Shown one piece after another: positions 38,664 through 50,897 of a stretch of DNA of 64,000 nt. Each line of letters begins with the position of its first letter. Position 1 is the stretch's first letter. Source of the stretch: Lytechinus pictus (taxonomy: Eukaryota); assembly GCF_037042905.1 (NCBI RefSeq), contig NC_087245.1, forward strand, positions 37,450,001 through 37,514,000, written 5' to 3'. Position numbers and translations under genes: made by a program. The notes under the pieces were generated by a model. The model saw nothing but the letters and a program-made list of their open reading frames with translations, was not told the DNA's origin and searched no databases.

Positions 38664-39369
38664 ACAGGGATCGCGGAACGGTTTTCAAAGTGAGGGGGGG
38701 CTGACCATGCAAAAAATCACAAACATGGTCATTTTTACGTTTTTGTACACGGTTTTGGAAAAAAGTGGGGGGGGGGCCTGCACAATAAAAAAGAAAAACT
38801 CACCTCCACCAACATCCTTAACAGGATTTTGTCAGTATATCGGGAGAGGTGTAGGAACTATGATATTCAGTATTGCATTCATCTAAGACAATGTAAAATC
38901 CATTAAACAATTTCTTGGGCTACCTTTTGAGCTCAGCTTGAATTTGCCACATTTTGTCAAGAGTTTAGATTAAATCCTGAAATTCCTTTTTAGTTTTCCA
39001 GAGCTTTTGGAGGCATTATGGTGCCCCCATGTATTCCCCCCCCCCCCTGATCTAAGGCCATAGTCATCTCCAACTCATTTATGAGAGGAAAGAGTGCATA
39101 GGGGTTCCCCTTGACCGCCTATTATGTTATACTTCTTCCAGAGGTTACTGATCCACCTGTTATAAATACATTATATCTAATGATACCATACATGTAGCAT
39201 CACTCATAATACATCAATGAAAGCAATATGGCTTTAAAATGAAACCCATTTTTATAAATCCCAATGCTACTTGCTAGTTGTATTTTATTAATTTTGCACA
39301 CACACACACATATATGCTTGATAAGAATGCCTTAGAGATCCATCTTCGCATTGATATACATACATTATA

Positions 39370-39742
39370 CCCGGGGGAAGGGGGGGCAGTCAAATATATT
39401 GCTGTACACACGCGTGACAAAAAAAACACGTTTAAAGGGGTGTTTTTTCAGTTTTGAACGCGGGTTGCGCGTGCACTTGTTAAGGGTATCAAAAACACTG
39501 ATTGTCAAAAAGGGGTAGTTTTGAAAGACTGGTCAATGTTTAGGGTATGTTTTTTTCCCTAAGTTTTTTCCCGGGGTCATATTCTGGCAACAACTTGTTT
39601 AGGTGCCAAAATGTGTAAATAAAGCCTGCGAAAAACTTGTTTAGGGCTTATTTTACACACAGAGAAAAACTCGTTTAGGGGGTGTTTGGAAATAATTTGG
39701 CCACGCGCGTGTACAGCAATACATTTGACTGGCCCCTCCGGG
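39370..39742. mobile_element. MITE with CCCGGG termini and 8-bp TSD
   Basis: Reverse-complement homologue of 13909-14333. TSD ACATTATA / ACATTGTA. Confidence 0.85.
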
Positions 39743-41519
39743 ACATTGTATGTGCATTTAAGCATCTGAATGATAAAATGCAATTCACCAATACATTTTT
39801 GATTGGTTGCAAATGAAGTTATGATTGATTATTAGATGTTGACGTTGCTGGCCGTCCATAGTTGTGATTGATCGGATCAATTGCTACTCTTTGTAAGACG
39901 GGCCCCAGATCTGAAGGATTTCAATTGTGGTTGAATTACCCGGGTTGCCCGCAGGAGCGTGAGCAAGTCTGATTTGCCCTCAGAAATGTTTTGAACATGA
40001 TCGTAACTCGTTGCGGGTGAGTTGCGAGTGATTGCCCACAAATCATCCTACAAGGTTTTCACGGAACGATATGACATGGCCTTCACTTTCAAAGTTCCAC
40101 CAGAGGGCTTCATCCTCAAGTTTCTTGACCCTCATCCAAACCATCTTTTCCTATGAGCAGCGTACAGGAAAGAGGGAGCTGCTTTACATCTACAAATAGA
40201 GCATCATATGTATACTATGATGGAAATAAAAACTATTCTTAATACCAGATAATCGTTTTGTATCGTATTGTCTCGATTTAGACAAGGAAATCACAGAACG
40301 AGGTGCCTGTCATTGCCTTACACACCCCCAAATTCAACCACAAAACAATTCTCACGTGTATTATTTATCTGTGACTAGGGAAAGATAGCATTGAGAGCTT
40401 GAGAGTTGCTAATTTGATTGATTTTACGGTATCCTCTATTGATCCCATTACCATGTCGATTTCCAGTTTCGCTTCTAATATATGATGGGATACTTAAGAG
40501 TAAGTCCACCCCAACCAAATTTTGAATAATAAAAGATAAAAATCAAACATATGAGAAAAATTATATCTCTTCCTGATTTGGATATTGTATGAACAAGAAT
40601 TAAATGTCTATTTAATCACTGGTTCTTATAACTGGTGGACCCAGTTTCATTTGAATCTTTTCCTCAATGGCATAAAATGTAATACTGTGTTTTCATTGGC
40701 CAATACAAAATTAATATACATTTGAAGTCATAATAATTTTTTTCATCATTTTATGTTACTTTCATTTCTATTCACACCCTTTTCCTGGATGAAAATTGTC
40801 AAAAATCAGATTAAACATATTACTGAAAATATCCTCAGCCTCAAGCCTACAATCATATATGCACATAAATATTGATTTTATATTAACATTATGGTCTTGA
40901 TATATATGGCTCATGATATAATGTATCACTATTGGTCATGGAATATGAAACTGCACACTTATTAAATTAGTTTCTTATCAGGCAGTGAGAAATAGAGAGA
41001 CGGGCAAGCTTTTTCCTGTTTAAGTTAATCCAAATTTATTATTCTTTAAACCTCTTTTCCTTCTTTAGCTGCATGGATAGAGGATATAATAACCATCTTT
41101 CCGTTCCCATAATTGAAACAATCTGTAGGTATATCAGAGTCTTATATATATATATACATGTATATATGTAGGAACATGCAACCGAACGATGTTCTAATAG
41201 AAAGAATTAAAAATGGTCTGCTAGGTTCAGCCATGAGTGGTTGAACTCTGGCTAGTTTCACAAAGGAACTTATCATGGGTTTGTAGTAATGAGTGGAAAT
41301 AGAACAAATTAGCGCATCCCCCGTAGCTACAGATCTAACCAATGCAGATTTGTTCAGAGAATTCACGCCATTTAACTTGTCAAAATGTGGTCAATTATTG
41401 GTTGTTTAACAGGTCATGAAGCTACTCCAAGGGCAGTCGTTATCGCCTCGTTTCTTGACTTTTGTATTTCCTCAGTCACCTTCTAGGTGATAGTGTTCTT
41501 TGAATATGTAATACTTAAT

Positions 41520-41813
41520 GATAATAATAATACTTATATAGGTATATTTACCCAGGGAAGCCACTACAGTTCTGAAAATTGTTCTCCCAGCGGGCCCTGC
41601 TATTATTATTACCCCGGCTTTAGCTGGGCTGCCTAGGTGCTCAAGCATTCAAGGAATTTCTTCCTACCGGGTACCCATTCACCTCACCCGGGTTGAGTGC
41701 AGCACAACGTGCATAAATTTCTTGCTGAAAGGAATTACGCCATGGCTGGGATTCGACCCCACGACCCTCTGTTTTGAAGTCAGAAGACTAATCCACTGGG
41801 CCATAATGCTCCA
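41520..41813 (-). mobile_element. tRNA-derived SINE, same head and core, third tail type
   Basis: Head and core as above. Tail on the plus strand is GCCACTACAGTTC..TTCTCCCAGCGGGCCCTGC, with AAT repeats at the end. Confidence 0.8.
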
Positions 41814-42461
41814 CTTAAGAAAAATACCTAAGAATAAGATGATAGGAGTGATAATTCCTTTCGTGTGCAAAACGATATATCGCTTAATAGCTTACATTAT
41901 ACCTAAGAACCTGATCCAGTTGTGCATAAAATTGTTTGTAATTTTAAAATGAAACACTATTCTGGATTGAGAGTGGCAAAGATTGCCCAACAATTGAAAT
42001 AAAAATGATGTTTATCTGGAAATGAGACTTGGTCCCTATATACTCAGCACGGTACTATACGTGCCACTTCTACAATGGTCAAGTCAAAAGGTCATTTAGG
42101 GTCAAGGAACTGATAGTAGTATTTTATTATCACATGAATGGTGTTTTGTGAATAATTGTTCATCTTTTCAAAGTCAGCCCTGCTGCTATATTGAATTGCA
42201 TAATGCACATTCCATGTGTTTTTTTCAATGTCTAGAAATGGGAAAGTAAAGTATTTGTATTCTTGACTCCAATATGCATTAAAGGGTTTTAATGAAACAA
42301 AATGTCTATAATGAATGGTCTACATATACTGTAATGAAATATATAATATTCATCTTGTTTGACATCGACTGTACCTACAGAGATTACTGGGAAACTTTCA
42401 AGGGATTTGATCAAACATATCTCTATTTGTGTAAACATTTCTTCTTTTTGTTTTGGTACAG

Positions 42462-42621
42462 GGTAAGAGTGACCATTGGAGCACAAGAAGAATCAGAAAC
42501 TCTCGCCAATGTAATATCAAATTCTGTCGGTCCCTGCCAGCAAGATACCACGTACACCCCTCCAGAGGTTGATGGTTTCTTCCAGCCTGCATTCATCATT
42601 GACTGGTGCAGTGTTTCCATG
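42462..42621 (+). CDS. SGCE: alpha/epsilon-sarcoglycan, exon E
   Basis: ttttggtacag| ... ATG|gtaatg; 160 nt, phase 2 to 0. Encodes VRVTIGAQEESETLANVISNSVGPCQQDTTYTPPEVDGFFQPAFIIDWCSVSM, with the family F.IDWC motif. Confidence 0.95.
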
Positions 42622-43290
42622 GTAATGTGAATTGCCTTTTTATTCTTTTCGTCCTTCTTTGATAGATATTATTCGTGGGATTAGTAAGTTCATAATAATA
42701 AACTTAAATAATTTTTTTCTGGATGCATTACTGTTATATGTATTTTGGACATTAGTGAGAAAATATAAAACAATATAAACATTTTCCATATTGATAAATA
42801 CATTTATTTCATTTGACCAAACAATGCAATGTAGATTTCAATGAACAATTTTGACACCCGTATTCTTATCATTTAGATTTAATTTTAGTTCAGATTTTTT
42901 AAAAGATGTTTAATTTTTAATCTACAATTAAAATTGAGATCAGGGAAATTTATGTAGAAATTTGAAGTAAAATTTCTTATAATTCCAGTCCACATCTGAA
43001 GATCATTTGATTGAACAAATATTTGAAATATTTTGCTGATTATTTTTGGTTTATCTTTAGATGTAAAGATGAATCTGCATTACAGTTAAATTTCTATCGG
43101 ACCAAAGAAATCTCTCTAATTCATGCAAAATTTGACTCCGCAATTGTAAATGATATGTCCTTTGCATGGATTTATAAAAGGTCATCTTATACTTCATGTA
43201 AATGTTTTTTTCAGGTAACCCCTATATTATTTTTACCTTTCTCATAAACACATTTTTGCATTCATATGTTTTTTTTCTTTTCACTTCAAG

Positions 43291-43487
43291 ACCGCAGTAC
43301 CTCCATCACAACCCCAGAATGAATCGACTCCCGTTTTCTTGGGAGGGATGTACGATCCCCCTGCCATGCAAACTGAAGATACCGATCGTTTTCTCGAGTT
43401 CCTACTACTGGTGGTTGTCCCGTGCGCCATCATGTTCTGTTCTATGCTTGTCTTGGGCTACCTCATGTGCTGCGGGCGGAGCAGACG
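43291..43487 (+). CDS. SGCE: alpha/epsilon-sarcoglycan, exon F (transmembrane segment)
   Basis: tttcacttcaag| ... CG|gtaagg; 197 nt, phase 0 to 2. Encodes TAVPPSQPQNESTPVFLGGMYDPPAMQTEDTDRFLEFLLLVVVPCAIMFCSMLVLGYLMCCGRSR, compared with GGEYKPP...LAVP...LAYIMCCRR. Confidence 0.95.
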
Positions 43488-45336
43488 GTAAGGAATTGCA
43501 TCCATTAGCCTGTAATATTGGCCCATTTCATTTTAAAAAAAGGTTGCTATGATAGCTAACCTTGCTGGAATGTCTACCATGGCAACAGTGGAAATTCTGC
43601 TTCCTGATTGGCTCTTTCAATGAAAGTGGACATTCCAGAAATATTTGCTATCTCAGCAACTCTTTATGATATGGGACCCTTCGACCATGGTCTAACTCTG
43701 TGCTATAATTATGGGAAGCCAAAACATAAAAGATTATCATGCATGTAATTCTTATGTTTACTAATCTGTTTTCTCTTGCTTTCACGATGAAAAAAAATAG
43801 TTCAACTACATGTATCATTCCCAGAGAGTTATTAATGATTCAAGTGTCAAATGAGTTGATCATGTGCTAACAGAGATTTTCGCCACACTTGGCTATCCAT
43901 ACTTAAACCACAACTTTAGACCAGAGTTTAATTGAAACCGAGTTCAGAATACGGGCCATTGTGTTTTCTATTTTTCATGGGGTTATTGGGTTTTTTTTAC
44001 AATTAAAAATAGCATCCTCTATGCTACGTTACATAAATTAAACCACTTAACAACTTTACCATCACTAATAACTACCACAGCATAGTTATCGCATCAGCCC
44101 ATCAAAATTATGATTTCCAAAATGAAAATTAATGGTGGAGCTGCATTACATGTACTATTAATGGGTAATATTACACAGGGGACCTTCAGGCTTGTTCATG
44201 GATATAACCTTGGGTGATAATTCATTTTATTGCAGTATATTATTTAGTAAATAGCATCGATGCGTGTCAGAGTTTATCTTTATTTGTGATTTTAGACTGA
44301 TACCCAAAGCACTGCTGCCTGATTGAAATAGATTAAAATCATGATTGAAATCGGAGAAACAAATAGAAAAGTTAATTAGACCGTATCAAATAAACATAAA
44401 ATAAATGGCATTCAACAGTCCAGACCTATATTTAATATATACCTGCCAGATCAAGCTCTCTTTCTCTGCATGCCCCATTTCTTCCTATCTTAAGATCAAT
44501 ATGATCAAGATTTCTTACAGACGATGCAGAGTCCATTGGGGTTTACAGAGCCAATTTTCACAGTTCTTGTTATCAGTGACAAGATTCAAGTCCCTGATAT
44601 AAGCTACTGAAATCCTGGAAATTCTATTGGCCATCAGCAATATTGTAATGGGTTTCTAGCATTTGTCACTGGAATGCGGGATAAGACCAAATTAAACAAA
44701 CGATTTTGAAACAGTGCCATGTTAATGAATGGGCTTCGGCCTACTAGCAAATCTCTTTTCAATTCCTTTCTATTTCCACCTTCGCCCGAGGGACCTGTTT
44801 ATCGGAGAGTGATCCAAATTTATTTTGATGTTTTTATCAAGACTGCCCTCAATCAGTGTCCACCTCCAGCCGACCAGTTCTTAATAAATTTATCGTGAGA
44901 TTAGCGTTACCATGGCAACTGCACCATAATCAACCCTGATGACCTGCCCAATAGCCCACCTCTTTTCCCTCCATTCCTGATTCGAAGGTTTGATTACGTC
45001 CGTCTTTAATCCTCAAGATTAGCAAACACTTAATGTGGTTTTAGGAATTATTGAACTGAGACTTGACCTTATCTGAATGCTTCTCTTAAAACCATCCATC
45101 TAAGAAACATCTAGGTAGTTGTTAGATTTGTATAAATCAAGACATCAATCTCTCACTTTTGGTTAGAGGTGTTTCATGTGACTCTTAGAGTAAGGGTGGT
45201 CCGTGAAATATGATAATCCCACTTTCCTGAACTTACATCCTGTGGTAGTATGATCTGCTCTTGATAGCCTCCCAGAAATAATTGAGGATTTAACTTGAAA
45301 TGAGGCAAATCTCCAACCACTATCCGCCAGAAAAAA

Positions 45337-45950
45337 ATACGCCTTTGGTGTTCTGGTGCAGTCTTTCACACCGATTTGGTTCGGGGAACTCACCAGTTTT
45401 CTTCTTGTTATAGTCAGGCGCTAACATTTCCTCATCAAAACTTGAACTTTTATCAGTCCTCTTTTATTATTTTATGAACAGCATTAGAGTGCATACCTTT
45501 CACTTTCGGTCCCGGCACACAATCAAGCAGAATCTGCTAGATTTGATGATCCGATTTTGCCCTATTGGATAGTCATTTCGTGCATTATTGATAGCGAAAT
45601 TAAATAAGGTTGTAGATGGTTTGGATGTAGGTGTTTTCTGTAATATGCCTTTGGTGTTCTGGTGCAATCTTTCACACCGATTTGGTTCGGGGAACTCACC
45701 AGTTTTATTCTTGTTAGTCAGGCGCTAAACATTTCCTCATCAAAACGTGAACTTTTATCAGTCCTCTTTTATTTTTTAATGAACAGCATTTAGAGTGCAT
45801 ACCTTTCACTTTCGGTCCCGGCACACAATCAAGCAGAATCTGTTAGATTTGATGATCCGATTTTGCCCTATTGGATAGTCATTTGGTGCATTATTGATAG
45901 CGAAATTAAACAAGTTTGTAGATGGTTTGGATGTAGGTGTTTTCTGTAAC
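45337..45950. repeat. tandem duplication of ~306 bp
   Basis: GCCTTTGGTGTTCTGGTGCA...GGATGTAGGTGTTTTCTGTAA occurs twice head to tail with few differences. Confidence 0.92.
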
Positions 45951-45991
45951 TACATGCTTTTCCAAACAAAAGGCTGCAATCAGTCAGACAT

Positions 45992-46270
45992 CAGGGCCCC
46001 ATCTTACAAAAAGTTACGATTGATCCGATCAACCGCAACTATGGAAAGCCAGCAAAGTCAACATATACAATGCATGTTTGCTCAAAAAAATTTCTAGATG
46101 CAAATGTTTATCCATAAATTCATTGATTTCTTGACAGTTCTGTGTGTTCTCCTTTGTTTACAAAGGTCATTTTGCACATTTCCTGTAGAAAAAAAATTAT
46201 GACACTGATGGATTTCCATAGAGTTACGATTGATTGGATCAATTGTAACTCTTTGTAAGACGGGGCCCTG
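45992..46270. mobile_element. MITE (CAGGGCCCC.TCTTACAAAGAGTTAC family)
   Basis: Clear TIRs. Relatives occur at ~59197-59449 and ~39770-39907. Confidence 0.8.
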
Positions 46271-48262
46271 TAGTTGATTGCAGTCACGTTAATGAGAGGC
46301 ACCTGATGTTTTTAGTTGAAGTAAAAAAAAATCAGTGTACCTTAACAATGCCGACTGGAAATCGATCAGACTTTGACATCCGACATTTTCTTTGATTTTA
46401 TCATGCAATAAATGAGACCATCTGAGATTCCTAGTTGCTATTTTTAATCCCCTTCTTCCGTTTCCATCCATACCATCGATGATAGGCGAATAAGAATCGA
46501 TGATGAGATGAAAAGATTAGACATTCAAATCTAGACCTCTATCTTAAAAAGTAATATAGGATCTCACCTTTTTGGCATTCATCAACCACCCAAGGAGTTT
46601 AAATGAAATAAAACAGAATTTTATTGGAGAATAAGATTTTTTTCTGATATAAAGTCATTGTTTGATCAGGAACAAGCAATTCTGCAATTTAGCTCTAATA
46701 AGGTATCTGAAACTTACATCATTAAAGAATTTTCCTCTTAATTTGTATTTTTTTGTGAAGGTGTTGCTTTGCCTGTATTTACTGTTAACTCATATTCTGA
46801 TAGAAACGATCATCTCTTTAAATACATGAAAAGAAAGAATACTTGAATTATGCATTTGTGAAAAACAGTTATAAAGAGACAGAGAGTTCTTTCAGTTTGG
46901 TAAAAAAAATGCATGATTTTTATAAGATAAAGTGTATTAAAAATGCAGAAGATAAAGAAGAAATGAAAATTATTAATTAAACATAGATCAAATTTATGAT
47001 TTACATGTATAAGAAGATATGCAGAAATAGACAGAGATAGATTGAAGAGATTTGGAAATGTATATGTATCTGAAAAGTTGTAATTTTAACATCTTTAACT
47101 TGTGTAAGAGAGTAGAAGGTATTTGGCAGAGGAAAACTGAAACAGTTATGGCATAATAAAAGTTATTATTTTATATTTAAATATGTAACAAGAGATAGAA
47201 AATTATAAAAGATTGTTTTCTTGAATCAGAGTAAATTTCAAAATAAAGAGCTTCTTTGAGATTCATATGACCCAACCGAGTCCTGTGGAAACTAGACTTG
47301 GAATTCATTAAGCATCAAGAACAAAATATGGATTTAATCAGAGACTGCAGATCAATTTCTAATTGCATTAATTACATCTAATTGTTTTAACCCTCTCGTT
47401 TAACACTTCTTATTAAAAGGTCCTTGAGAAATTGTTGATGATAATTATACAGATTTCCTTGATAATATCCCTTGTGCGATGGGTCTCAAGTTCGAGCTAA
47501 TCTCTTGCTAGCATGCCTCCTGTCTACATTACATTTTCTATTTCCTTTATTTCCTCTCGAGCCATTTGTTCTGCCTTTCCCATGTTGATTTCTTCATTCG
47601 CATAAAAATATGTTTCTTTTTAGAAATGCGCACATGTTTTGTTGTCCATTTGCATGTCAATATTATTCCTTTAAAAATAATATGAAGATAATTATGATAA
47701 TAATTAATATCCTCTTTCAGTTTCTTTCGTTCTCTTTTGTTATATGCCCATTCCTTCTCTCTTCCACCCTTCCCTCTCTTTCTCTCACTCTATATCTCTC
47801 TCTCTGTCTATCTATCTGTCTATCTATCTACCTTTCTCCTCGCCTCTGCCTATCATCATCTCTCTTACAAACGATAAAATACAATTGTATTCCTATTGCA
47901 ATGCATTATTTGTCTCTCAATGTCGAAGAATCATCTTAATTTGTCACCATAATTTTTTTCCCCAAAGAATAGTTCAGATATAGGCCTATCTTTCTCAAGA
48001 TTAATCCCTCAAGGGATATGAACTGTCCTCCATTATGGCAAAGGTCATTGACCCATAGGATATAATCCTAGCGATGTGGAAAGCAGAAATGTTTAGGTCT
48101 AGCGATTGTCCTCCATGCCATCTATCGCCAAGAGAGGGCTCTCACTGACCTTTCATGATAGAGACAGATTCCAAGATAGATTTTGGATTTTGAGGTGGAG
48201 ATAGCGAGATAAAGCTCTCGCAGGATGTGTTGAAATGATCAGGGAATAAGGGATAGCATTAA

Positions 48263-48590
48263 GTGATAATAATAATGATAACATACTGATTTGTACAGCA
48301 CAGAAACTATGTGCATATATTCTTCTGCACTGTAAGAGCCCCTGAAAAACAAAACATTTTTTTTAAGGGAAATTAATTGAAAATATAGGTTTTTAGTTTT
48401 GGCTTGAACGTTTCTACCGATGGAGAGAATCTAACCACATTGTGGCAAGCCATTCAATAATTTTGGGGCTGCGCAGGTGAATGCGCAATCTTCCAAAGTA
48501 ATCTTTGCATTCCGAGTAGGGATGTGACGTAGCAAAATATAGTTAGAACTGCGCAGGTTGTGGGTGTGTCTATGAACTCTGCTTTTACAT
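48263..48590 (-). mobile_element. L2/CR1-group LINE 3' end
   Basis: Minus strand reads GDCAFTCAAPKLLNGLP / VRFSPSVETFKPKLKTYIF, matching the L2 ORF2 C-terminal motif G.RAFS.AAP.LWN.LP...FK..LKT.LF, followed by a (TAT)n-like tail. Confidence 0.75.
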
Positions 48591-48593
48591 GTA

Positions 48594-48752
48594 TAGTCAA
48601 ACCTTTCTTAGTGGCCACCTGTCTAAAGTGAAACCTGTCTGTAGTGGCCGACAATTTGTGTCCAGTTTGAAAGAAACATGTTTTATAACCTGTCTAAAAT
48701 GGCCAACTGTCTCCTGTTTCCCGAGGGTGGCATTTATATACAGGTTTGACTG
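48594..48752. mobile_element. Tc1/mariner-type MITE
   Basis: TA-[T/C]AGTCAAACCT ... AGGTTTGACTG-TA. Confidence 0.65.
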
Positions 48753-48963
48753 TACACAGTAGAGAGAGAAGGGGTATTGTTGGAAATAAAAGAGAGAGAA
48801 AAAGTAAATGAAAATGATATAAGAGTGTAACTATGGCTTTGCTATAAATGGATGATAAAAGATCATTGATAAGAATGTAAAAATGAGATAGAGATAGCAA
48901 ACAAAAAGAGGATAGAGAGATAGGGGTAAAAGTTTAGATTAGGAGAAATGGAAAAGATAAAAT

Positions 48964-49250
48964 TGTGGAGCGTTGTGGCCCAGTGGATTAGTATTCTGAC
49001 TTTGAAACAGAGGGTCGTGGGTTCGAATCCCAGCCATGGCGTAATTTCCTTCAGCAAGAAATTTATCCACATTGTGCTGCACTCAACCCAGGTGAGGTGA
49101 ATGGGTACCCGGCAGGATTAATTCCTTGAATGCATGAGCGCTGAAAGGCAGCTCGAGCTAAAGCCGGGGTAATGATAATAATAACATCGCGCCTCAGAAT
49201 AGAAAATTTCTAGATAGATGGCGCTATATAAATGCCTATCATTAGTATTA
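48964..49250 (+). mobile_element. tRNA-derived SINE, full length
   Basis: A box TGGCCCAGTGG, B box GGTTCGAATCC, central CACTCAACCCAGGTGAGGTGAATGGGTACC domain, and a tail ending GCGCTATATAAATGCC plus ATT repeats. Confidence 0.88.
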
Positions 49251-49463
49251 AAAGGGGGAGAGAGAGTGGGGAGGAGAGGTGAGAAAAATGCATTGATTCT
49301 GAAGATTCAATTTTGTTATACTTGGACGTCCATGGACAAAGTCAAATTTGATTCAATAAGGAATAGTGATGGAATAAAAAACCATTTAATGTGAATGATT
49401 AAATGTTGACACTTGTTCAACATACAATTGAATTTTCTTTGTTTTATTTTTTTATTCTTGCAG

Positions 49464-49487
49464 GAAGGAACTGGCCAGTTCATCTGA
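49464..49487 (+). CDS. SGCE: alpha/epsilon-sarcoglycan, 24-nt microexon G (juxtamembrane, cytoplasmic)
   Basis: Long polypyrimidine acceptor ttttttattcttgcag| and donor GA|gtaagt; phase 2 to 2. Encodes (R)KELASSS(E) at the position where vertebrate genes have a short exon. Confidence 0.75.
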   Translation, partial: EGTGQFI

Positions 49488-50856
49488 GTAAGTAGTCCAC
49501 TCTCTACACACAAATTACATCTAAACGTTACACCAGATGAAAAAAAGAAAAAGAATATGAATATATACAACACCAGCCCTTATTTCCTGCGAATCCCCAA
49601 AGCAGGTTTCTTGGAAGGAAATCCCCTTGATTTCATTTCCAATATTCAGGTTAACGGGTACAGTTTGATTATTTCATTTCTCTCTCTTTGTAAAACCATC
49701 CTCCCCCCGTTGCAAGAAGTGGAAGGTGGCTGTGTAATTTGAATCGGTTGGGGGAAATTCGATTACAAGTTTGGGGAGATTTCTGCACCATCACCACGGA
49801 GCGTGTTTATTTTGGTTCCGTGATTGATGCGCTGGAAATTCAAAGCAGGGAAGTCTCTTCGATAGAGACCCGTGGTTCGCGTCTACACAGCTGTTTCCAG
49901 TATATTAAGTGTCCACTTTGCTGATTTGTACTGACCGGAAGATTGCATGTCAGTCGATCATGCTACTGGAAATAAACGAGTTAATAATTGTACTGTCATT
50001 GTAATTTTTGGGCTTACTACTTTAAAGGCATAGTTTTTTGGTCCGAACTTTCTTTCACTTACATGTAGTTTTATCTTTTTATGTTTTTAATTTCCTAAGT
50101 TTCCTTTCAGCATACATTATGTATACTCTCTTGATAATGGTTCGGGATGTATTGCTTGAATTTGAAAAATATTTTTGCTAGATTAGTCGTGGAGGGTGGT
50201 TAACATAGAATTAAGTACAGTATGACTAAAAATTCCCAATAGTGCTTGATTCATGTTAGTAACATTTCACTGCATTGGTCAGATCTTGCTCTGGGATCCG
50301 CATCTCTGGATATTAATTGATGAGATTACGCATTAAATATCAGGTGCCGATTGGTATTCATATGCAGTTTTGATTCAGACATTACACTTCCTGGAACCCC
50401 CCCCCCCCCCCCCCCGATTTCATTTTTGCCTTTTCTCGTTGCAATCATTTCTTGGTGCCAAGTTCACTAGAAAGGGTATTTCACGTATTTGTCTTTTTGA
50501 CATTCCAGTTTTTTACTCTCTCCTCCCAGGTGGTAATTAGAAATATATCTCACTATCTCTGTTCTGTTATGGTAACTCCCAAAGGAACTCAGGAAGATAG
50601 GTTTTTGCTTGCTGGTATAATGCCAAGCTGTTATATAACCAATTACATAAGAAACATTTTACGTCTAATCAGGCATAGTAGCTGATCTTATAGACGACAC
50701 AAATTACTCTCAGGTCTTTTTATCAAAGTTAAGACATGGCAGAGAGGGATTTGAACTCACAACCTTGCGATCATGAGTCAAATGCTCTAACCACTAGACC
50801 ACATGACCCATATGCGTCCTCTATCTCATGACCAAACTCTACATTTATCTCGGGTT

Positions 50857-50897
<41 letters not shown>

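Noticed and set aside
48964..49040. tRNA-like sequence with A and B boxes
   Set aside because: It is a SINE head that continues into the SINE core and tail in several copies, not a tRNA gene.
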